Shown: piece after piece, positions 1 to 12,510 of the stretch | Numbering within the stretch: the stretch's first letter is position 1 | How the letters are laid out: each line of letters opens with the position of its first letter | From: Podarcis melisellensis | Lineage: Eukaryota | Direction: 5' to 3' (one strand) | DNA length: 64,000 nucleotides | Assembly: GCA_964234715.1 (NCBI GenBank) | Contig: OZ174275.1 | Translations under genes and position numbers: made by a program | The notes under the pieces: model-generated | What the model was told of the DNA's origin: nothing | Database searches by the model: none | The model's input: the letters and a program-made list of their open reading frames with translations, nothing else

Positions 1-828
1 AAAACAGGTAGCAAGTGAGCTAAATTACTGAGCTGTTATGCAGATTCCCCAATTTTATCTCTCTCCACGAAGATTCTCTCTTTAAAAGTAACCAAGGACC
101 ACCAAAGCCTACAGCAGAACTTCTGTGCCAAAGGATAGTTGTTTGCTTTCATAACAATGGAATGCATTTTTCATCTGAAAAGTGGGTTTCAGAGCTAAAT
201 CCAAAGTATTTGGAAGTAATGCGGAAGACCTGAAGGGCCACTGGAACATCTATGGGCACCGCAATAAAGCAGAGGGCAACAGGAAAAGCTGACAATTTAA
301 CAGCCTGATAAACAACACAGTTAAGTAAGTGACTACTTGTACTACAGCTTTGTTTTACAAAGAGCTTGCATTGTTTCCTAACTCCTATGTCGCTTTTTCA
401 AAAGAAACCATACGGATGGCATTCTTCTGCAGAAGTGTTGAGTTATTTGTGCCTAGGAAAGACCTGTAAAAAGTTAATGGTTAAAACCAGAACTTCACTT
501 GTTAAAATTCTCAGGAGATGCTTTTGCTGCACTCTTTCCTATGAAGAGAAAATTGTGCTGTAAACTTGGAAGAGGAAATAATATGCATCACTCACCTAAT
601 CGGTATTGATTTCCTTATGCTCCTTTCACTATTTTTTCTTTAAAACCACATAGTAAGAACCAAATTAGAGAGTTCATCTTTAGTAATAACTTTCAAGCAT
701 TCCTTATTTGGGAGGGAGGGGAAGCTTGAAAATTATGATTGGAATGTTTTTATATGAGGTTTGTAATGTTTTATCAATTGTTGCGTGGTATGCTGTATTT
801 TGTTTGATTAGCTACTCTGGGAGCCTAT

Positions 829-991
829 GGGATGTGGCACAATGAGTCAGTATGCCTGGCTGCTAACCAGAAGGTTGGTGGTTTGTGCCCACCCAGGGAT
901 GGCTATGGGCAGGATTCCTGCATTACAAAGGGTTGGACTAGATGACACTTAGGGTCCCTTCCAACTCTACAATTTTATGATTCTATGATTC
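829..991 (+). mobile_element. tRNA-derived SINE with CR1-derived 3' tail (Squam2/POMSINE-like)
   Basis: Degenerate tRNA-like head (taaccagaaggttggtggttt), then the CR1 3' end ggattcctgcatt...gggttggactagatgac...cttccaactct and an (ATTCTATG)-type tail like that of the CR1 at 24066-24845. Confidence 0.7.
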
Positions 992-2906
992 CATAATGAG
1001 GGGCTGTTTATTATTGACTACTACAACAATAATAGGCAGAAAATAGAAAAAGCAAGTAGAAAGAAATCCTGAAAGCTCATTTTCTACTTTATCAGATTGC
1101 TAAACCCCATACAGATCCAGAAATGTATAAATTATAGCACTGAACTGCATGGGCAAATCATGCATCTTAATTTCCATAACACCATGAGTTTTCTGGGAAG
1201 CAGCAGAGCCGATGTGTAGACTGGCCAAGTGATCAGGCCAGTTGGCAGATACTGTGTTTGTGTGTGAGCATGCGCACATAAAAGCCATAAATGTTGCAAG
1301 CACTTTTTCACATGCTGCTTCAGGTAAGATTGAAGAATACACATGTGTAGTTTCTTCAAAGCCTTCCCTCCCCAAGTGGGAGGTGGCAAACCAATTTATT
1401 AAAGTTACGCACAGGCATCTGCAGGAACTGCACTCAAACCCGCATCATGCTCTAGTTTCTCCTGTAATCTACTCTTGGCCCCATCTGGACATCAGAATTT
1501 TTGAAACCAAACATTGATATCCGAACTTCTCAAGTGAGCCATATGCTACTTAGGATGCTATTATTCAATCACCATTAGACAGATGGGACATCTAGCCACA
1601 GAAAGCAGCAACATTGCCCCTTTGATAACATACAGTAGGAATTGGCCTTAAGTTTTACAGTACAGGCAACAACCATTTTACATGCGTTCAATATGTGTGT
1701 GACTGTGCATGCGTGCAGCACCGCAAACCCAGAAATGACTAGAAAAAAGGGAGAAAACAGCCATTAAAGAGTGCGGAAAGGGCAAAAACGATGTGTAAAT
1801 AGTGTCTAGCAATCCCACAAGCCTTTGCAAGTGCAATCCCAAGAGCCCTTGCGTCGATGTTTGAGGCCTTTGAGTTGGAGTTTGAGCAAGGAGGCAGTAA
1901 CTGTGGTGTTTGCAGGCTGCTTCAATGGTGTTCCCAATATACATTTTCACTTAAATGTGTGTTGCCTCAGAACGTAACCCCTGGGTAAATGGGGAGTTCC
2001 CTGTTCTAACAAATAAATGTCTACCATGAACCAAGTTCAGTATGAGATAATGCAGATGATTACTGATGTTGAAGGGCTATTACTTTGCAAATTTGTAAGG
2101 AAAGGACGGGTATAATTCATGTATCTCTAGCAAATTTTACATTGTGGCCTCCATTTTTAATCATTATTTTTATTAAAAGAAGACGAATGAATTATTTCAC
2201 AGTTGTCAACTATGTAAACACCTGTCAACTAGGCAAACACCTGTTAATATATATGTTAATATATTTATCTATTATGTTTTAAGGTATTATACTTTAAGTA
2301 TAGTATTAGAATAATAAACTAAGGGCTATATACTATTACTGGAAATCAAGCTGCTGATAAATGAATGTCATTCAAATTTGTCCATATTAATACTACACCT
2401 TTTTTCCTCATGCTCCCAGGTAATAAGTCAGATTGATAAGTCACAAATTTTTTAAAGAGTACTTTGTGTTCATGCACAAATTACTCTTCCAGTGCTGATA
2501 TCTTCTGACTTCTGCCACAATCAGTATGTTACCTGCTATTCTTGAACACAGAATAATCAGAAGCTGACTTGGTCCACTGGTCCACCTAGCTCAGTATTGT
2601 CAACACTATCCCAACCAGCTTTGATCCCCTTCCCTGATCACTCAAAACAACTCAGAAAGGGAAGTTACAAATAAGGCATCAAAAGCCTATCTAGGCAGAG
2701 TCAACTGTGTAATACTGGCATGCACCTGACCAGTTCAACCTGAGGCAGCACTCAGAGGAGTCAGTGGCCAAAGGTTGCCCAGTGTTAAAGTTGCCTGAGA
2801 TGATATACCATTTAAATATACTATTTAATATTTCTTAATACTCTGCTTTATTTGCCTGGTTTATACATTCTCTGATTTTTTTTAAAGTGACTTTCCTAAA
2901 GAATAG

Positions 2907-3040
2907 GACATCTGAAGGCAGCCCTGTATAGGGAAGTTTTAAATGTTTGATGTTTTGATTTGTTGGAACGTGCCCAGAGTGGCTGGGAGCAACCCAGTCA
3001 GAGAGGCAGCTTATAAATTATTGTTAATAATAATAATATT
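2907..3040 (+). mobile_element. L2 LINE extreme 3' fragment
   Basis: gacatctgaaggcagccctgt...cccagagtggctggg...aacccag matches the 3' ends of the L2 copies at 44815-44945 (-) and 52620-52748 (+). Confidence 0.65.
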
Positions 3041-3393
3041 TAGTGCTATAATATAATACTTCTTAAATCAGTGGTTAAATATTCATTTAAATATCCATGA
3101 AAAAGAAAATGAATCACTTACTTGTAGCTATGCCAGAAAAACAACAACACAGGGAACATTGCATCATACAAACAAAACACAATGCCCAGCTTTTCAGTGC
3201 ATAATCATTTCTATACATGTCAAAAATATAGTATATATCTCAGAATTAATTGGACTGTGCATTATATTTCCAGAGAATAAGTTTCAGTATTATATTATTA
3301 CCAAGAGATGTTTGTGACTTCATGCTTCAAAACAGAATTCAAAGTAACATGTATAGAAGGCCAGCATAAGTTTTACTTTGACTGGGTATTTGT

Positions 3394-3557
3394 NNNNNNN
3401 NNNNNNNNNNNNNNNNNNNNNNNNNNNNNNNNNNNNNNNNNNNNNNNNNNNNNNNNNNNNNNNNNNNNNNNNNNNNNNNNNNNNNNNNNNNNNNNNNNNN
3501 NNNNNNNNNNNNNNNNNNNNNNNNNNNNNNNNNNNNNNNNNNNNNNNNNNNNNNNNN
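3394..3557. other. assembly gap
   Basis: run of N. Confidence 1.
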
Positions 3558-4029
3558 TGGAATTTTAGTGACCTTAAAAAAGGCTGTCAGAAATAATATT
3601 CAACGCAGAGTTTTCAAATCTAATGCTCTATTACACATACTTCACATAAAATAATATAGTTTCAATATAGGCAAACCAGTCAAGAACAACAATCTGTTTG
3701 TACTTAGATTTCTTGCCCGTATCTTTATGTTGCTTTGTTACAGCAGTTTTAAGCATGCTTTCTGTCTGAAAGCAAATTCAGAACAACATTCAGCTAAATG
3801 TCTTCCAGTGAGTTTGGGAGGCCCAACATATTTCCTCAAAGCTTCCCCAAAGCCTAGCTATTTGCATCTATTCACTGATATTTACACCTTTGGTGCCATT
3901 TTTTAAAATATAAAAACCCCTAAGTTTTAAGTAAAATAATCAGATTGGGCAATGCGATGGTGTCAGTCAGCGCAAGGAAAGCTAATGCAAAGGAAAGCCA
4001 ATGCTTAGTACAAGTAATTGCTCTCATAT

Positions 4030-4195
4030 GAAGATGGGAAGCTAACTTTATACCAAGTTAGACCATCTAACTCACAGTATTGGCTGTTACTCTCAAGCAT
4101 TTCAGGCAGGAGGAGTATTTCCTAGCCCTGCCTAGAGGTATCAGGAATTGAACAAAGGTCCTACTGCATGCTACCACTGAGCTGTAGTCCTTCCC
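4030..4195 (-). mobile_element. degraded tRNA-derived SINE (same family as 48463-48655)
   Basis: Reverse complement reads gggaaggactacagctcagtggtag (A-box-like)...ttcaattcctg (B-box-like)...cttggtataaagttagcttccc, aligning with the copy at 48463. Confidence 0.6.
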
Positions 4196-4221
4196 AAACT
4201 ATGGAATTTGCTACCACATAA

Positions 4222-4437
4222 TGATCACCAAGTTGGATAGCTTTAACAGATTATTAGACAAATTCACGGAGCATAAAGCTGTCAGCAGATGCTAGCCTCT
4301 ATTATTCCCAGTATCAGAGGCAGTATGCTGGACATCACCATACTTCCAACATTTCTCCGATGAAAATAGGGACATCCAGAACTGGCCAATGTGAGAACAA
4401 AATGTTGCATTAGATGGGCCTTTGGTCTGATCAAGCA
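4222..4437 (+). mobile_element. old CR1 3' UTR remnant
   Basis: ttggatagctttaa...ttagacaaattca...actggcca.tgtgagaaca...tagatgggcctttggtctgatc resembles squamate CR1 3' ends. Confidence 0.5.
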
Positions 4438-4466
4438 CCTCTAATTTAGAGATACATTTCCTAACA

Positions 4467-4706
4467 CAGTGGTACCTTGGTTCTCGAACTTAATCCGTTC
4501 CGGGAGTCCGTTCAACTCCCCAAAACATTTGAAAACCAAGACTGGCTGCAGGAGCTTCCTGCAGTCAACTGCAGTCAAGCAGAAGCCGCATCGGACATTT
4601 GGCTTCCGAAAAACATTCACCAACCAGAACACTTACTTCTGGGTTTCTGGCATTAGGGAGCCGATTTGTTTGACAACTAAGCCGTTCGGGAACCAAGGTA
4701 CCTCTG
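4467..4706. mobile_element. Tc1/mariner (Tigger/pogo-like) MITE
   Basis: TIRs cagtggtaccttggttc / gaaccaaggtacctctg; right flank TA, left flank CA (mutated TA TSD). Confidence 0.85.
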
Positions 4707-6224
4707 TACTGCTATGGATATGATGTTTATTTGATCACAACAGAAAAAAGGTTGACATCTAATTCAACATATTCTAAGAGCAGCATGTCACAAGTTTCTT
4801 CTATTTTATAGGATTAGAAAAGCAGCTTAATTTAAGAAGAATTGGCTCCAATACTCTTGATTGTGCTCCAAGTTCACAGTAAAATAATAATAATTATAAA
4901 GTAAATGAGTTTGTCGTTTCTCTGTCAGGATGTTTCTCCTTTAAACAGTTTTCTTTCACGATTTGCAAATCCTGTAACCTAGATTTAAAAGTATTTCTTG
5001 ATAATGTAAAGCTTGAAAGATGTGCTTCAACTGTCCACTAATACTCATCTTTTCCACTATGCCATTGAAAATTCTGGAATGAACAAAAGACTGAATGTAG
5101 CAAGAGCTTACTCTCGCAGATCCAGGGATGTGATAGAAACACAGAAATCATAAAAAGGTGGTCTGTTTCAGTTAAATAACAAATTCAATTGTACATCATA
5201 TAACTCAGGAGGGGACATGATTAAATTCACAGTGGCTTGGTTCAAAATGCAGAGAACCCATCAGAAGATTTACTCTATGACGTACCCAGAGGCAACTTGA
5301 GAGCTGTCAACATAACAGGCTGCTAAGCTTCCAAGGGAAGCAATAGCCAATTATGTCCCATGACCCACTACTGGAAAACACAGCAAGAAAAACAACAAAT
5401 CAGATAATGTTTTTGGATCTTTTTTCCACACACGCAGTAATGGTCGTATTTCATTTCAGTAAAATATTCATCTCAAAAGTTTTTCTTGGAACTTTTAACA
5501 ACATCATATGTTCTGAGCAACCACCTTCTTGATGTTCAGAAGTCATACCAGTTCCTTCTAAGTGCAGCATGAATCCAGCCTTTTCCTATCTGAATGAAAT
5601 CATCTATGCAACCAAAAACAGGAAGTGAAGTCACCATCTAGGAAACAAATCATTAATGATTTAAGCAAATAAATTGCCCCAACATCTACCTGTTCAAGTG
5701 ACTGAACAGTGTATTTCTGAACATGAATTTATCTCAGCACAAATTTACATCCTAATAACCATTTAAACTGCTAAGTAGTGTAGAGATTATACTCTCATTC
5801 AGTTTTGCCAGAGGTAATACCTACTGCCTAGTTCACATACACTGGTGTGAGCAGCAGTTCCAGCAGTTTTCACCTCTAGATTGGAAACTGCCGGGGGTGG
5901 GAGGGACGGCAAGTGGATTGGGAAGGTAAACATTATGGGAAGTATCTGTAAACTCCTTCATTTGAATTGCATGCCTTATGAAGTAGCAGTCCTACACATT
6001 GCTCAAATCCAACAGTTTGCATGTGTGAAATGGGTCATGTGAAGATTTAATGCATGGCAACCTTTCACAGTAACTCTTTTCATATCTTAGTTAGAACACA
6101 TGGAGGCCATGGAGTAGGACTGAACACACCACTGATGTCCATGGATTCAGACAAAGGTCCAAAGGGAAAATCTATGTGCATAGATTCATGCAACTAGAAG
6201 CATTTGGGGATTAGCCTTCTTAAT

Positions 6225-6463
6225 GGAGGAGTTTGGATTTGATATCCCGCCTTTCACTCCCCTTCAGGAGTCTCAAAGCGGCTAACATTCTCCTTTCCCT
6301 TCCTCCCCCACAACAAACACTCTGTGAGGTGAGTGGGGCTGAGAGACTTCACAGAAGTGTGACTGGCCCAAGGTCACCCAGCAGCTGCATGTGGAGGAGC
6401 GGAGACTGGAACCCGGTTCCCCAGATTACAAGACTACCGCTCTTAACCACTACACCACACTGG
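6225..6463 (-). mobile_element. tRNA-derived squamate SINE (Squam3-like)
   Basis: Reverse complement begins ccagtgtggtgtagtggttaagagcggtag (A box)...gggttcca (B box); body gtgaccttgggccagtcac; ends aaatccaaactcctcc. Confidence 0.8.
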
Positions 6464-6480
6464 TGTAGTTAATCTACACA

Positions 6481-6705
6481 CAGTGGAACCTCCGTTGTCA
6501 AACATAATCCGTTCTGGAAGACTGTTCAACTTCCAAAACGTTTAACTACCGAGGCGCGATTCCCTGTTGGCAAATTCCTTTTAAAAAATGGAAAAACGCA
6601 CTTCAGAAGCCGTTGGACTTTTGAGGCGTGTTCGAAAAGGGAAGCATTCACTTCTGGGTTGTTGGCGTTCGGCTTCCAAAGCATTCGACAACCGAGGTTC
6701 CACTG
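6481..6705. mobile_element. Tc1/mariner (Tigger-like) MITE
   Basis: TIRs cagtggaacctc.gttgtc / gacaaccgaggttccactg, followed by TA; related to 4467-4706. Confidence 0.85.
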
Positions 6706-9700
6706 TACATAAATAAAGGTCCTTGTGGTGTGACTTTGTCTCAAGAAGCTGTCCTTCATGCCTCCTGTTTTAAAGTAACAATCAGCAACTGGTTTAGGGG
6801 TGCCGCAAGTGTTCAAATAGGGACAGAATGCAAAAGGGAATACCCTGGCATGGATGCTCACGAGCAGGATCAAGGAGGGCAGACCCCTACTTGCCTTGAT
6901 GCTGTGATCTACTCTCTCCCTTTTCTGCCACACAAGGCCCTGAACCTTGCTCTGGGACCCAGCAGGGGAACTAGCAGAGGTGGTGCATGCTCCCTAGGCC
7001 CTGGTGAAATGTCTTTTCCTGTCAGGGGATGGGACACCCAAAAAGTCAAGCTTTTGCAAGTTTGATTAGGATGCCTTCAAAGGCTTGATCCCTTTCAGGG
7101 CGAGCAGCGGGGTGCTTATGCATCCTAATGTGGTTGGCAGTGTGCCATGGCAGATTCCCAACGAGGCTGGCTGCTGAAGCTAGCCCTGAACTGAATATTC
7201 TCTTAACTATACCCTGAATTTTTTTGAGACAATAATGACTGGCCTTTAGGGACACTCCTCACACAGATCTTATTACTGTATCTTTGTTTGCAAGATTCTG
7301 TCATCTTTATTAAAAGGAAGTGGTGTGTTACATTGGCTGTACACTGTTTCTTCTGCAAGCAAAAATGATTGTGGAACCCAATCTGCTAAGTTAGCTCATT
7401 TGGAAACATGGCGTTATTGACTATTAATGCAAGCAAAGTTGTTGGAGTTTTTCTTAAAGCAATTCCCAAATATATGTTGCATAAATATATACTACTGCAA
7501 GGAAAGCAACTTCAGTGAAAACAGAAAATAACTTAAATCACTGAAGAGTTTGATGAAATAAATATTTATGTCTCTTAGCAAAAACCTGTATTTTGGAGAG
7601 AGAGTTTGTAGTCAGATGACATGCTTGTTAATTTTTTTCAGACTTCAAAACACAAGTAAATTGAAGCTAGAATATATTTGGTAAATACATATTCAGAGTC
7701 AATCTCATGGTCCTATAATGACAATGTAAATACATGGAAAAGAATGAGATTCCAAGGAAGATGAGGAAAATCATTTGAGAGAAGCTTCCCTCCAAACCAT
7801 TATTTTAGAACAGTAACATTATTAGTTGAATAGGAAAGCTTGCTACGAATACTTCAATTCTTCTGCAAATGAAACGGGTTTTAGATATTATTAAGCTTTT
7901 AGGCTGGAATAAACATGTAAAAATGCTATAACAGAAGTTAGATTTCTACTTTTATTCTTTGTATGGAAAGAATAACATCTTTACATGCCTGCATCTCCAA
8001 GAGAGTGCTTTGTAGTGCTAAAGATATGAGCATAGAGAAAAAGCAGTTGGCATAGAGGACTGTTCCATATAAATCCCCTATTTCCTACAATTCCAATATG
8101 CAATCAAGAGTGCTTCTGGTATGACAGCATACATTTACATAGGATTTCCTTTTGTGCTACAGAACCCACATGGCAGAATGTAGCACCCTAGGGTAAGATC
8201 TTAGCAGTATTTAATCCTAAATTTATTGTCAGTGCAGTTAAAACTTCAGGAGGCAAAAAGGAGCAAGAATCCTAAAGGACTCTTCAATAATGTTATGGAT
8301 TTAAAAAAAATTAAATAGATTTTTATGGTAGGGGCCAATCTCGTAGATTATGATAAATATCTGGTGTCTTACTCTGTTAGTGAAGTCTGGTTTGGGTTTA
8401 AGAACCTTCATTCTCAAGAACTCAGCACAGCAGCAACACAGATGTGATCAATGCTGCCAATCCTAAGGATTACTGTAGTGTGGTACTGAGTACACACTCC
8501 CCTACGTCCCTTGATTCCATCCCACCTCGTCTCTCTGGTCCTGAGATCAGTACCAGGTAGCCCTTGGGAAAAGGAGCTATATTGTCCCATGTGAGAAATT
8601 CTATGTGGTCTCATTTGCTCAGCTCCAGCTTCCAATTCCCTATTTCCTCTTCCAGTTTACTTCCATGACCTTACCTCTTCCAGTCTACTCCTCCTGTTAT
8701 TCCTATTAACTGTGTTATGGCATTACCAGCAACATCCAAGCGCTATTTGAGCCTCCCTCACCCCAATTTGCATCTTCCCTCATAAAAATGTTGTTCCCGT
8801 AACCAGGCATCAGACTCCAGCTTATGTCTAAGCTTTCAGACAGGTACTGGCAGCAGCATCTAGTTTTCAAACTTCAATCCATAAAAACAGCATTGGAAAA
8901 TACCATAAGCACTGATTTAATAGGGAGCTGTGGTTTTTGGTTTTTTTAAAACTTCTAAAAACTTAATTTTGACTGAAAGCCTCTCTGCGCAATGCTGTAC
9001 CCAATGGAAAGGTAAGATATACATGTGTTTTTAAAAAATAAATAATAATATGGAATACAGTGAAACAATCTAGACCTTAATAGGAAAAACTTGAAAGATT
9101 TCCAATGGTTTAAAAATTGGATGGGGCAGTCAATATGAGTTACTGAGCTACATCTTTATCAGATTATATCTAAAAAGTGTTCTTTAGAAATGAGAGGCTA
9201 GGAGTGAAGATCCTAATCAATTTTCTCTCCCTCTAAGTGACACTGGATGTTCGATATGCACATCTAAATTATTGACATGACATCAATAGCAATACTTTAT
9301 AACCTGTCTAATAACTCAAGGCTAGAGAAAATTAGCTACTGCAAAACTTGGCAACATATCTGGATATTATCTAGCATTATCTCAGTCATTATAAAAACAA
9401 AAAGAGCAAGGGGTTTTCCCACTCTGTTGCTGAAGCCTTCTGTGTAATTTAATTTTGGGGGGGGACAGGACCCAGAAAGATTCTATTTTTAACCTTATCA
9501 GTCGAATTAAATAGTGAATTACATCTTCCTCTACCATTACGATACAAGTTGCTAAGTAGAATGAAGTAGCATATTTTGGAGGCATTAAGACTATCTGTTT
9601 TCAAGGGCCTGGCCCTGGAGAATCTTTTTTAATTTACAACACTCGTTCAGACACTCACGTAAGGCCATTTTTCAACAACAAAAATACGTCCTGGTCTTCT

Positions 9701-12369
9701 GTACCCTGGAGGCTCACACAAAGCTGCAGAGGCCTTTGCAAATCACTTGGAGGAGGCTTTACTGCTTTGCCTGGGTTTCCAGGACAGAGAATTCAAACAG
9801 ATCCAGTTTATTTATTATTTGAGAATTTAGTGTGCATGAAAGATGGCTGTCCCTCTTTGAGTGAAATTCTCTCCTTTTTAACGTATCAGGTAAAGTTAAG
9901 GAAACAGGGGCAGAAATTTAAGAAACGCAAGTTTTTTCTTCTCTTTTCATTTATTCTCAACTGATAAATGCTCAGCAGCTTGCAAATAACAGCAATAATC
10001 AAATACTGTGTTCATGATAGCAATTTTTTGTGTGGGATTCCATTTCGCTTCCTCTCAATATACTCAGCTCACCATATGTAATATACAATATACCCAGCTC
10101 ACATATGTAAATGCATACTGAATAGCCAAAATGTGTCAGCCATTGCAGACCTGGGCTATACTTCAAATTCCATTATGAAAGTAAAGTTGAACAGTGCCTT
10201 ACTTATAAAAATGGGGTTCAGAGAGATTGAATAATAATTACACATTTTGGAACACAGTAAATGTCATACTAAAATGCTGGTTAGCATTTTCACAGCCAGG
10301 GCAATAAATGCAACAACACCTAAGAAATAATCATGCCATAATCAGAAAATAAATGTTAATATTGGCTGAAAGAATCTTTATGAATACATGACACATTATG
10401 CAAAAGAAAAATGCCAGTCTGTTTATTGTCTTTGTAATTCTTAAAAGGAAAAAAATACTATCAATACTATCAAAAAATATTATCAATTAGTTGAAACTTA
10501 AAACTTTCCCATCCTGTGTAAACTTTCTGTCATTCACATACTGGCTGACTGCTATTATCTATAATAAAGTCGCCATGTTGGTAGATATATTAAATGGTTC
10601 CCATCCACCAGCCACTACCAATGAGGGATAGATGTTACAGTGCATGCTTTCTGCAGGCAACTGAATAAAACAGATGGCAATAACCAATATTTGTTTATCA
10701 ATATCCTCTGAGATGAGATAAAATGAATTGGTATTAACATGTCCATTACTAGAGTGCTCTGCAACGATATTAGCTTTATTTTTTGCTAGCTAGGGGAAAA
10801 CATTATCAATTTCAATATTATCAATACATCAGCATAATATGCTGACATATTAGGAACACCAGCTTAACCTGTGTTAGGAAAATCCACACCCATCAAGTAT
10901 GGCATACTCTATGGAAAATCAGTGTGGGAAAAGGCAATATGACTCTGAGTGCTTCCAGACTGTCACTATCTTGTGGGTGGGATTCAATCACATACCAGGT
11001 TGTGCGATTCAAGTTTATTTGGAACTCTAATGCAGGAAACCTACTTCAACCAAAAGCCCCTCAACCTTTTGCAGAAAGAAAAGTGATGGGAAAATGCACT
11101 GCAAAACACGAGAAAACAGCAGCTTGATATGACATTATATATCCTTCCAAACAAACCTTAAGGAATGCTCAATAGCCACAGATGTATAACATCCCTATGC
11201 AAACTTTGTACAAACTAATCAAGATAAATGCTCAACGAACAGGTTGCCTGGAAGTAATCTCTCTGGCAAAATGAGTCAATCTCACAGGCTATAGCAATCT
11301 TGTATAACCTAATCCTGGACATATTTACTCAAAAATAACCCAATGAATTCACAATAGCTCTTCCTTCTGGCGCAGAATCTCAGTCTTAGGCAAAATATTT
11401 TTATCCGTTTGTTATTGTAAAAACATTTATACACTACACTTCTTCAAGAGATATCAGAACATACCTAAAACAAAGTAAAAATCATTTTAAATCAATAAAA
11501 CTGTAACTCCACATAATTAAAAACAACAGCATAGAGCAGCAAATGCAATCATATTATAAAAAAATAGCACAAAGGCAGGTCAAATTTAGGCTCTGCAGAA
11601 TCAGGAATAGTTCTTAAGAGGTTCATCCCATATTATACTAAAATAGAAATCACAAAGAAAATTAAGAAAGGTATCTAGCTGATGGATTTTCAAGATATCC
11701 AGTCAGGAGAGGACAGCCAGGCTAACAGCACAATCCTATCCATGGATATTCAGTATTAAGTTCCATTAAGTCCAACTGAGTTTACTCTCAGGTAAATATG
11801 TGATGGAATGCAGCCTAGCTCTACATGGAGAGGAAAACTACACACAAGAAAGGATAAGTATGCAGTTTACATTTCTCCAAAACATAGTTTGCCGTGTCAT
11901 CTGAAATTAACCTGAGTGTAAAATTTCTAGGAGATGGCATCTAAGTGAAATGGAAATATTGATGTCATAATCCAATATAACAAGGCAAATATAGAATATT
12001 ATAAAACCAAGAAATTCTAAAGGTCAAAATAAGCAGCAATATGGGCAAGAACAAGTGACAAGATTGACTTCATCTGTTAACCTTTTAAGATGTTTATACA
12101 CACTAAAATGGCTGGCTTGCTCTAGTGTGGTTCTGCTCAGTTTGTGGTTTTCTGTGTGTCTTTGATACAGACAAAGTATATTAAACAAATTAATGTGGGG
12201 AAAGCGAAATGCAACACGGATTACGAATCCAGGTCCCCAAGACTCTCAAGAGTCATCACATGCAATGCTGATCTTAAAACAAGAAATATGGATCAGGTGA
12301 ATGCAAATACCCATCTAAAAATCATACAAACATTGAAGCAGATCATCTCTTTATTTCTACCCCTATCTA

Positions 12370-12510
12370 TGTATACCATTTCATGCATCTCATGACCACT
12401 GAGATTCCATGCACTGGATGAAATGGACCGTAGTCAACAAAATCTCAAACCGTAATACATTGGTTAGTCTTTAAGATGCCACACAATCACATGCTACCCC
12501 TCTGGAAACT
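12370..12510 (+). mobile_element. decayed Penelope-like element terminal repeat with degenerate hammerhead motif
   Basis: gatgaaatggaccgtagtcaacaaaatctca...ttggttagtctttaagatgccaca...gctacccctctggaa resembles reptile PLE 3' ends (consensus type ctgatgaagtggactgtagtccacgaaagctta...ttagtctttaaggtgccac). Confidence 0.55.
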
